This document shows, in pieces, positions 27,381-35,602 of a stretch of 64,000 nucleotides of DNA. How positions within the stretch are numbered: the first letter of the stretch is position 1; each line of letters opens with the position of its first letter. The position numbers and the translations under genes were made by a program. The notes under the pieces are model-generated. The model was not told the DNA's origin and did no database searches. It worked only from the letters and a program-made list of their open reading frames with translations. This DNA comes from Planctomycetota bacterium (GTDB taxonomy: Bacteria; Planctomycetota; Brocadiia; JAADGH01): contig JBFMAD010000005.1 of the NCBI GenBank assembly GCA_040755855.1, positions 64,001 to 128,000 of the forward strand. Reading direction: 5' to 3'.

Positions 27381-28706
27381 TCACAGCACATCATACTTCG
27401 CAATGTACCCCTGCTCCGCTTCTGACCGGCGCATGAAATCGAGGAAGGCGCTGTGCATTTTCCCGACGATGGCGGGATGCTTTTTCATCAGATTTCGCGT
27501 TTGCGCAGGATCGGTTTTCAGGTCAAACAGCATACCGGGAAAGTCTCGCTCGGCTACCATGTAGGTCCACTGCTCGTCGGTCACGGTGGCGCGGCTCGCC
27601 CCGGGGTAGCCCCAGTTGTTCCGCGACGTGAAGACATACTCCCAGTTGCGTTGCTTCTTGCCCGTCAGCAGAGGCAGCCACGACTTGCCGTAGATGCGAT
27701 GTATCTTGACGCGGCAGACGTCGGCAATCGTCGCCATCAGGTCCGCCGGCTGCGCCAGGGCCTTCACGCGCTTCCTTATCCCCCGCGCCGGAATCCAAAC
27801 GAGCAATGGGATGTGCGTGACCTCCTCGAACATCGGCCACGGGTCATCGTAGTCCACGGTGTGCTTCCCGCAGCGTTTGTGCTCGCCGATGGCCATGCCG
27901 TGGTCGGAGATGACGACGACCATTGTGTTGGCGAATAGCCCCATGAGTTCGATCTGGCGGAATAAATGGCCCACCCACCGATCGGTGAGTGTCACCTCCG
28001 CGGCGTAGCGTGCGCGGAGGCGTTCAAGCTCACTGGGCTTATAGCAGTCCATGTAGCCATAGTTCGGATACTTGTAGTCGAGGCCCCCGTAATTTCGGCT
28101 GTAGAGGTCAACGTAGTAGTCCGGTGTGTGCCATACCTCGTGGATTTCGAAGGAATCCACCCACAGGAATAACTTTTTCTCGTGGTGATCCTGCAGCCAG
28201 TCGCACGCCGTGCACATGGTCCGTGCCACGAACCAGTCCGACTCGCGCCGGAAGTGCGCCCGTTCCGCCATGTCGCGCTGATACCCCTTGCCGTTGCCGC
28301 GCAGGTTCTCGGGTGGAACGTCGAAGGGGATGTCCTCCGGCTTTATCGTGTTTTCCGGAGGCGCTTTGATGACAAGCACATCATGGAACCCGCGCTCGAA
28401 GCCCGTCGGGATCATGTTCGTCGTGTCGGTCACGAAGCCCGTATAGTAGCCTGCGTTGCGCATGACCTCGGTGATGAGGATTTCATCATCGGGCAGTTTC
28501 GTCCAGCCGTATCGCGGGAAGTTGACGTTGCCCGTGAAGCAATCCGTCCGCATCGGGATCGTGGGAAACGAGGCGCAGTAGGCCCGCTCGAAGATCGTCG
28601 CACGCTCGGCGAAGGCATCCAGGCAGGGCGTCTGCACCCAATCCTCCCGATAGCACCCCAGCGCGTCCCGCCGGAGTGTGTCCAGAGCAATCACAATGAC
28701 ATTCAT
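27381..28706 (-). CDS. Sulfatase-fold (alkaline phosphatase superfamily) hydrolase with Thr at the nucleophile position
   Basis: MNVIVIALDTLRRD (start 28706); TIPMRTDCFTG; SDHG; HIPLLV; LFDLKTDP. Confidence 0.85.
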   Translation of the reverse strand: MNVIVIALDTLRRDALGCYREDWVQTPCLDAFAERATIFERAYCASFPTIPMRTDCFTGNVNFPRYGWTKLPDDEILITEVMRNAGYYTGFVTDTTNMIPTGFERGFHDVLVIKAPPENTIKPEDIPFDVPPENLRGNGKGYQRDMAERAHFRRESDWFVARTMCTACDWLQDHHEKKLFLWVDSFEIHEVWHTPDYYVDLYSRNYGGLDYKYPNYGYMDCYKPSELERLRARYAAEVTLTDRWVGHLFRQIELMGLFANTMVVVISDHGMAIGEHKRCGKHTVDYDDPWPMFEEVTHIPLLVWIPARGIRKRVKALAQPADLMATIADVCRVKIHRIYGKSWLPLLTGKKQRNWEYVFTSRNNWGYPGASRATVTDEQWTYMVAERDFPGMLFDLKTDPAQTRNLMKKHPAIVGKMHSAFLDFMRRSEAEQGYIAKYDVL

Positions 28707-28710
28707 GGTT

Positions 28711-28740
28711 CTTAATCCTAATCTTAATCCTAATCCTACT
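28711..28740. repeat. Short hexamer tandem repeat (CYTAAT)n
   Basis: cttaat cctaat cttaat cctaat cctact, immediately upstream of the sulfatase-like start codon. Confidence 0.7.
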
Positions 28741-28810
28741 CTTCGCATCTCGTGATGCAGGTCATTTTAATCTTCAAAAAGTAAAGGTGGGAGTGTTTTT
28801 TCACGGTCGC

Positions 28811-29650
28811 CTATGCCTTGTGTTTCTTCTCCTCCCTAAACCTGCTCGGCGGCGCACCCGTTTCGCGCGCAAACAGGCGAGAGAAGTAGAACGGGTCGGT
28901 ATACCCCGACGAGAATGCGACCTCGGCCACGGACAGGTCGGTCTCCGCAAGAAGGCGCTTCGCATGGGCCATTCGCAGGTCCGTGAGGACCTCGATCGGG
29001 CTTCTGCCCAGATTCTTCTTGAAATGCAGGAACAGGGACGACCGCGACACCTTCAACACGCGACAGATCTGCTCGATGTTCATCCCCGTGCTTACCTCGC
29101 GCTCCATCAGCATCCGCGCCCGCTCGACCAGTGATCCCTCCTCGGCCGGAACAGGGTGTGCGAACTGACAAAGAGGAGGCAGCTCATGCAGGAGGGACAG
29201 TGCACGAAAGTCGGTGGTGTCCGTGTATCCCTTTGCAAGGTCCATGAGTTCCTCAACGATTTTCCGCACTCGGTCAGGGTCACACGCGTGGAAGTGCAAT
29301 CGGTCGCGGGCGAACCCCAACGCCTTCATGTACTCCGCCGCCAGGGGCCCGATAACGCGAATCCAATGCAGGTCCACGTTCTCGCCGTCTTCCAACGGCT
29401 CCGACCGGAACATAAACCGCACTCCCGGCCAGATGGCAAACATATCCCCTGCCGCCATGTGCGCCGAGATGCTCGGCTCCGCCTCCAGGTACACCCGGCC
29501 GGCGGCGATCACATGCAGGCAATACCAATCCCACGTGATGTTCATCGTCACACGTCGGCAGTCTCTGCGCCCGACGGCCTCCGGCCAGAATCCAGCCCAG
29601 CTGCCGGGGTGTTTCGTCGGCCACGGGAGGAAAATGTTTTCTTTGCTCAT
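28811..29650 (-). CDS. AraC-family transcriptional regulator
   Basis: Cupin-like N-terminus; RMAHAKRLLAETDLSVAEVAFSSGYTDPFYFSRLFARETG. Confidence 0.92.
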   Translation of the reverse strand: MSKENIFLPWPTKHPGSWAGFWPEAVGRRDCRRVTMNITWDWYCLHVIAAGRVYLEAEPSISAHMAAGDMFAIWPGVRFMFRSEPLEDGENVDLHWIRVIGPLAAEYMKALGFARDRLHFHACDPDRVRKIVEELMDLAKGYTDTTDFRALSLLHELPPLCQFAHPVPAEEGSLVERARMLMEREVSTGMNIEQICRVLKVSRSSLFLHFKKNLGRSPIEVLTDLRMAHAKRLLAETDLSVAEVAFSSGYTDPFYFSRLFARETGAPPSRFREEKKHKA

Positions 29651-29699
29651 GGCCCACTCATCTTCAACAATTATCCATCCCGATTCAACAAGAAGAATG

Positions 29700-29728
29700 T
29701 TGTCAGACGGCGCGTAGGGCGATATACT
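29700..29728 (+). promoter_or_regulatory. Putative sigma70 promoter of the glycyl radical enzyme gene
   Basis: TTGTCA (29700-29705), 17 nt, TATACT (29723-29728), in the divergent AraC/GRE spacer. Confidence 0.55.
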
Positions 29729-29808
29729 ATATGAACAGTAAACAAATACGCATGTTACCCGTCTCTGTCAAGTGATAATTTTGCGGTTGCCCCATGAGGA
29801 GTTCCGAG

Positions 29809-32178
29809 ATGCCCGAATCGCTTCGCACATCGCTTGAGACCATCGAAGCCTGTCCCCGACCTGCTGTTCGTCTCGACGGCCGCGAGTTGACGCCGCGGAT
29901 TCAGCGCCTCCGCGAGCTGGCCCTGTCCTGGGCCAACGAGCCTGATCCCACCGAGCGCGGCTGGGCCGTCATGCGCAGCTATGACGAGACCGTCGGCCAG
30001 CCGATCATCGTCCGCCGTGCGAAGGCCGTCGCCGCGTTCCTGATGAGCGAGACCTTGCAACTCGACGAGGGCGACTTCCTCGCGGGTAAGGTTCGCCGCC
30101 AAATCCCCGGTCACCGAGGCATCCACGAGGGACACAACTGGGTCAACGCCGCCGGCTATCCCGACCTCTGGTGGCGCCCCGGCCCGCTGGCCCTCAAGGG
30201 CGCGCCGGTCTCGGAGGAATTCCTGGCATATATGAGACAGTGGGTGACTCGACACCCAGGCATTCAGCAGGACTTTAATGCACAGCGTCCGGTGGAAACC
30301 CAGCGCGACATGGCCGCCGGACTTTTCGCCGCCCATGGATTCGACGGCAACCACCGTCTGCCGCGTTACCAGCTTCTCCTCGACCGTGGGTGCGAAAGCC
30401 TGAAATATGAGGCCCTCGACCGGATGGCGAAGGCCCCGTCCGACCAACGTGACTTTTACGAAGCCCTGGTCATTGCCTACGATGCGGTCATGGCCTACGG
30501 GAAGCGATGGGAGACCCGATTAAACGAACTGGCCGAGGCTGAACCCGATGAGACCCGCCGCATGGAACTCCGGCAGATGGCCGAGCACTGCGGCTGGGCC
30601 TTGGCCAAGCCGGCCCGGACATTCTGGGAGGCGATTCAGACCGTCTGGCTCGGCGTGTGCATCAATCAGGCCGAGTGCACCGGCTCGGCGGGGAGCATCG
30701 GACGCCTCGACCAATACCTGTATCCCTACTACAAGGCAGACATCGAGGCGGGGCGGATCACCCGCGAGAGAGCGCTCGAATTGATCGAGGTATTCTGGCT
30801 CAAGTGCTATCGCACCTTCGACTTCCACCACACCACCCTCGGCGGCCAGACGCCGGACGGCAGGGACGCGACCAACGAGTTGTCGTACCTCTGCCTCGAC
30901 GCCGTGGCCGCCCTGCGCACGCCGCGCGACGTCGCCGTCCGCATCCACCGGAACACGCCGCCCGCGTTCCTGCGCCGGGCTGTGGAGGTCGCGGCCCTTG
31001 GCCTCGGTCGGCCGGATTTCTGGTGCGACGAGATTACCATCGAGTCCCTTGTGAAGAAGGGCATCCCCATCAAGGACGCACGCGACTACGCCCCCATCGG
31101 CTGCGTCGAGATGACCATCCCCGGCAAGTGCAACAGCCGGACGATGGGCCACGCAATCAACCTGTCGAAGATACTGGAGGTGACACTGAACGGCGGGCGA
31201 TGCGCCCTGACCGGTAAGCGGGCGGGATTGGATAACGAAATCGCCTTTCCGACCTACGAATCCCTGCACGCGGCGTATCGCAGGCAGGTGGCCAATGCCA
31301 TCCGTCTCGCCATCGAGGAGAACTTCCGCGCCTATGCCATCCAGCGCGAGCAGATGCCCATGCCGCTCCTCAGCGCCTTCACCATCGGGTGCATGGAGTC
31401 GGGCCGGGATGTGATGGACGGCGGAGCGGTGTATAACCCCGCGGGTGTGAACCTGTTCACCGTGGCGAATGTCGCCGACTCCCTGGCAGCGATAAGAAAG
31501 TTGGTCTATGATGAGAAACGTCTGACGCTCGACGACTTGCGCGACGCGCTGCGCACGAACTTCGAAGGCCGCGAGGACCTCCGCCAGATGCTCCTCTCCG
31601 CCGCCCCGAAGTTCGGCAACGACGATCCCTACGTTGACGCTATTGCCGCCGAGGAGGTGGCCTTCTACTGCGACGAGGTGGACCGCTACCCCACCCCGGA
31701 GGGCGGCCGCCACTGGCCCCTACTCTTCGGCACGACCACGCAATCCATCTACCAGTTCGGCCCTAAGACCGGGGCCTCCGCCGATGGACGACGGGCGAAG
31801 GAAATCCTCGCAACGAGCGTCAACCCAATGAGCGGGCGGAACACATCCGGCCTCACGGCCGAACTGAACTCGGTCTCACGAATTGATTACACCAAGGCCG
31901 CCGGGGGATGTTCCTACATCACCGACATCCATCCCACCGTCATTGACGGCGACGAGTGCATGGACAAGATGTGCGCCGCGCTCCGGGCCTTCTTCGAGCG
32001 CGGCGGGATGGAGATCGGCCTGAACGTGCTGCGCGAGGACCAGCTCCGCCAGGCCCAGGCCGACCCGGAGAAGCACGCCCACATTATGGTCCGCGTCTTC
32101 GGCTTCTCGACGCAGTTCGTGTCCCTCGATCCCGAGTGGCAGGAGTACGTCATTTCGAAGGTTCGGCACAAATACTGA
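29809..32178 (+). CDS. Glycyl radical enzyme (PFL2/eliminase-like), substrate unknown
   Basis: GRLDQYL, TLGGQ, GCVE Cys loop, KFGNDD, DGRR, glycyl loop MVRVFGFS. Start 29809 follows GAGGAG (ORF track 29794). Confidence 0.9.
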   Translation: MPESLRTSLETIEACPRPAVRLDGRELTPRIQRLRELALSWANEPDPTERGWAVMRSYDETVGQPIIVRRAKAVAAFLMSETLQLDEGDFLAGKVRRQIPGHRGIHEGHNWVNAAGYPDLWWRPGPLALKGAPVSEEFLAYMRQWVTRHPGIQQDFNAQRPVETQRDMAAGLFAAHGFDGNHRLPRYQLLLDRGCESLKYEALDRMAKAPSDQRDFYEALVIAYDAVMAYGKRWETRLNELAEAEPDETRRMELRQMAEHCGWALAKPARTFWEAIQTVWLGVCINQAECTGSAGSIGRLDQYLYPYYKADIEAGRITRERALELIEVFWLKCYRTFDFHHTTLGGQTPDGRDATNELSYLCLDAVAALRTPRDVAVRIHRNTPPAFLRRAVEVAALGLGRPDFWCDEITIESLVKKGIPIKDARDYAPIGCVEMTIPGKCNSRTMGHAINLSKILEVTLNGGRCALTGKRAGLDNEIAFPTYESLHAAYRRQVANAIRLAIEENFRAYAIQREQMPMPLLSAFTIGCMESGRDVMDGGAVYNPAGVNLFTVANVADSLAAIRKLVYDEKRLTLDDLRDALRTNFEGREDLRQMLLSAAPKFGNDDPYVDAIAAEEVAFYCDEVDRYPTPEGGRHWPLLFGTTTQSIYQFGPKTGASADGRRAKEILATSVNPMSGRNTSGLTAELNSVSRIDYTKAAGGCSYITDIHPTVIDGDECMDKMCAALRAFFERGGMEIGLNVLREDQLRQAQADPEKHAHIMVRVFGFSTQFVSLDPEWQEYVISKVRHKY

Positions 32179-32222
32179 CCCCCGCCGACGCTTCTTTTCA
32201 CCGCGAGATGGGTTACCCTCAT

Positions 32223-32786
32223 CTACTGGCAGGAGATTTTCGGAAAATTAGCCTGTCCCTGGGTGACGAGCAGTCCCCAATGTGTTCCGTCAAGATTATA
32301 TGGAACGGTCGCCTCAATTTGTTTGCCAAGACATTGGGCGCGTATCGTTGTGTGGGTTTGCTCCGACGAGAGGATAACCAGGACGGGGATTGGCTTCGAC
32401 TTGGGCACAGTAAGAGAGTGCTTTGCGAGAATCTTATACTGAAGTGTGCCGGTAGCGTAGTCCAGTAGGGCTATACGAAAATCTTCTTGTGTAAGCAGAA
32501 TTTCAATTCGTCTCCCTTTAGCCCACTCATCTTCGGTTTGTCCCACATACACACCGCACCGGAAGCTGGTAGGATCGAGAATACTGTTGACTTGGATGGT
32601 GGCTTTCAATTTGCATCGAGGCTTGAGAGGTTGTTCAGATCGGATCATGTGTTGACCACTTGCCGAATTGAAACCGGAACCACTCTTGGCCCATATCGAA
32701 TCTCCGATTACCTTCCATCCCTCGATCTCTTGCGGCGCATCTGCTGCGAGACAGAGCAGAGCAAATGCGGCGATGAAGTTCTTCAT
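32223..32786 (-). CDS. Exported hypothetical protein
   Basis: MKNFIAAFALLCLAADA signal peptide; GGAGG upstream; beta-rich; visibly lower GC than flanks. Confidence 0.6.
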   Translation of the reverse strand: MKNFIAAFALLCLAADAPQEIEGWKVIGDSIWAKSGSGFNSASGQHMIRSEQPLKPRCKLKATIQVNSILDPTSFRCGVYVGQTEDEWAKGRRIEILLTQEDFRIALLDYATGTLQYKILAKHSLTVPKSKPIPVLVILSSEQTHTTIRAQCLGKQIEATVPYNLDGTHWGLLVTQGQANFPKISCQ

Positions 32787-32991
32787 GGCTTCCTCCCTTT
32801 CATGTCAGTATGGCCCGTGGCTCGTAAAGCAATTCCATATTTTAGCGGGTATTTTCGCTTTAGCAAGTCTGATTTTGTCCGTTCCGAAGGGCGTCTGCTC
32901 TTCTCGCCGCGAGCAATTTGAGGTTGCATCCAGCCCGCACATGCGGTAACCTCGTCCCCAGCCCTGACCACAATGCTGTGAGGAAAAAGAC

Positions 32992-35577
32992 ATGCTCCTC
33001 GTCTTTCGCCACGTCCGCCGATTATGGTTCTTCATCGCAATTCTGGGATGCGCCATGATTCACGCCGACGCGATCAATCCGTACCCCCGTCAAATCCTGA
33101 AGGAAGAGAAGCTCGTTACATGGTCGTTCGACGACGGCATCGCCGGATGGACGGCGCAGCACAACTGCCGCGTCGAGCACGCCGACGGCGCGCTGCGCAT
33201 CGTCGGCACGGGCAATGATCCCTACTGCCGGGGGCCGGAGATCAACATACCGGGGCCGGTTCTGATGAAACTCCGATGCCGGAGCACGGGCAAGGGCGGG
33301 GCCGTGATCTACTGGGTGCCCCAGGGAGAGCGGGGACCCAGCCAAGAGCGCCACACGCCGATTCACGTCCAGGACGATGACAAATGGCATGAGTATGCCG
33401 TCGAGCTTCCCGTCAAGGGCGCGCTTTCATGGATTCGCATTGACCCATGCGCCGACGAGGGGCGGATGGATATTGACTGGATCGAGTTGTGGCGCATCGA
33501 GCGACATCCCCTCGCCATAGAAGACGTGCGCGTGGAGCAGAACCGGATCGTCGCATCGGTGCGGAACTTCTCCGAGCGGGAGGTGCGATTCAAGATCAGG
33601 GACGGCGAACATACGGTCGGCGCGGACAAGGCCGCGTCCGTCACGATGTCATATGAACTGAAAGGCGATCGCCCATTTGAGGTCGTGGGCCTCACCGCTA
33701 CGGTCGAAGGTCTTCCTCCCGTAACGCGCCCGCTTGCCCTATACAATCCTGCGGCCACGGCGAACTGGATCGGCATCGGCGCGGACGACCTGATCCTGCA
33801 AGTGGCCCCGGACGGAACGGGGGCGCGGTTGCTCCGCAAGGAGCAACCAGTTGCATTTATCGCCCCACTCGTCTGGAGTGATGGGAAGACTTGGCCCCTG
33901 CATCCCGTGAAGGATGCCGACAGCATCCGCGTGGAGGGCCAGAACATCAAGCGCTTCGTCTTCACGGTGCAAGGCGACGAGATTCAAGTAGAACTGGACG
34001 CGGCCCATCCGGTCGAAGGGCCGGTGGTGCGGGCGTTGGGCGGGATCGAGCAGGGACTGTTGGCGGGGGTCGAATACCTCGGCAAGGGGGAGCGGTCCTC
34101 CTCCACGCTCGACATCGAGGGACCGGAGCACATTCGCAACGAACCCGACCCGATGAAGCTGACGATGCCGTTCATGGCCTTCGTGACCGATCAAGGGTCG
34201 GTCGCCATGACGTGGACGAACATGGAGTTGCAGCCGACGTTCGCGACTCCCAACTTTTACGACGGCGCGTCGGACCACCGCATGAGCCTGAAGGGGCGGG
34301 TCATCGAGGCGACGATCCGCGTCGGCGATCCCTTTGACGCGGGAAATCAGCTCGAAAACACCATCCTATGGGCCGTGATCAAGCGCGGTGGCCTGCCCGA
34401 CCTGCCGACGCCGCCGCGAACGTCTGACGTCCAGATGCAGTTCTGCCTCGATGCGCTGCGGAACAGCGTCGTGGCGGACCCCGCCGGTGGGTGGTATCAC
34501 GCCGTCGTGCCCGGCCACCGGAAGATGCCTGAGAAGCCGAAGTACTTCGCCGATGCCCTGTCCACCATCTGGCGGATCAGCGGCGAGGTCCGCAACGTCC
34601 CCGATATGGTGCGCGGTGGGGCGCACATCCGAAACGATTCCATCTACTTCGTGACCGGCCGGGCGAAACAGTGGCTGGACATGATGAACCGGGAGGCGCA
34701 GGGCCTCATCAAGGCGCAGCAGCCGGACGGGGCGTATCGCTACAACGGGGAGTATCAAAAGGGCCATTTCGAGGACACATCGAGCGGCTGGTGCGCCTAC
34801 CGCGCGGCGCGCCTGCTCGACCATGCCTACTACACCGGCAATGAGGAATCGCTTCAGGCGGGAATCAGGACGCTCGACTACATGAAGCGCTTTCGCACGC
34901 CCCGCGGCGCTCAGGTCTGGGAGTGCCCGCTCCACTCGCCGGACCTGCTGGCCTCGGCGCACCTGGTCTGGGCCTATGTGCGAGGGTACGAACTGACGAA
35001 AAACCAGGACTACCTCGACCTCGCTCTGCGATGGGCCGTCACCGGCATCCCATTCGTGTATCAGTGGGGCAACCAACCGATCATGCTCTACGCGACGACG
35101 CCGATCCTCTGCGCCACGCACTGGAAGGCCCCGGTGTGGATCGGCCTGCCGGTGCAGTGGGTGGGCATTGACTACGCCTACGCGCTCCTGATGCTCCAAG
35201 AACATGACAAGAGCTTCGACTGGCGGAGGCTGGCCGAGGGGATTCTCATTGCCGGCGAGCAGATGCAATACCCCGACGGGCCGTCGAAGGGCTGCCTGCC
35301 GGATGTATTCGAGCTGAAACACCAGCAGCGCCGCCCGGCGGACATCAACCCGTGCGCGCTGGCGAGTCTGCGTATGCGCATCGAGGGGAGGCTGGACAAT
35401 CTATCCGTGTCGTCCGACGGGACCCACCGCGTGGTCTCGCCCTTCCCCGTGAAGATAGAAGATGGCAAGGCGCACGTCCAGTCGAAGGAAGGTGTGGACT
35501 ACCAAGTCATCATCGACGGCGATCGGATCGTCGATGCGAAATCCAAAGGGGTTGATGTTATCGACCTTGCACAATAA
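32992..35577 (+). CDS. Large exported hypothetical protein (carbohydrate-binding-like N-terminus, helical-barrel-like C-terminus)
   Basis: Signal peptide; WHEYAVEL...IRIDP...IDWIEL jelly-roll pattern; aromatic-rich helical C-terminal half. Confidence 0.65.
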   Translation: MLLVFRHVRRLWFFIAILGCAMIHADAINPYPRQILKEEKLVTWSFDDGIAGWTAQHNCRVEHADGALRIVGTGNDPYCRGPEINIPGPVLMKLRCRSTGKGGAVIYWVPQGERGPSQERHTPIHVQDDDKWHEYAVELPVKGALSWIRIDPCADEGRMDIDWIELWRIERHPLAIEDVRVEQNRIVASVRNFSEREVRFKIRDGEHTVGADKAASVTMSYELKGDRPFEVVGLTATVEGLPPVTRPLALYNPAATANWIGIGADDLILQVAPDGTGARLLRKEQPVAFIAPLVWSDGKTWPLHPVKDADSIRVEGQNIKRFVFTVQGDEIQVELDAAHPVEGPVVRALGGIEQGLLAGVEYLGKGERSSSTLDIEGPEHIRNEPDPMKLTMPFMAFVTDQGSVAMTWTNMELQPTFATPNFYDGASDHRMSLKGRVIEATIRVGDPFDAGNQLENTILWAVIKRGGLPDLPTPPRTSDVQMQFCLDALRNSVVADPAGGWYHAVVPGHRKMPEKPKYFADALSTIWRISGEVRNVPDMVRGGAHIRNDSIYFVTGRAKQWLDMMNREAQGLIKAQQPDGAYRYNGEYQKGHFEDTSSGWCAYRAARLLDHAYYTGNEESLQAGIRTLDYMKRFRTPRGAQVWECPLHSPDLLASAHLVWAYVRGYELTKNQDYLDLALRWAVTGIPFVYQWGNQPIMLYATTPILCATHWKAPVWIGLPVQWVGIDYAYALLMLQEHDKSFDWRRLAEGILIAGEQMQYPDGPSKGCLPDVFELKHQQRRPADINPCALASLRMRIEGRLDNLSVSSDGTHRVVSPFPVKIEDGKAHVQSKEGVDYQVIIDGDRIVDAKSKGVDVIDLAQ

Positions 35578-35602
35578 CCGCGTTGGTCATGGGAAGGAGG
35601 AC

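Noticed and set aside
29809..32178. Pyruvate formate-lyase (pflB) or choline TMA-lyase (cutC)
   Set aside because: It lacks the adjacent Cys-Cys of PFL, and has no activase, microcompartment genes or recognisable CutC loop residues.
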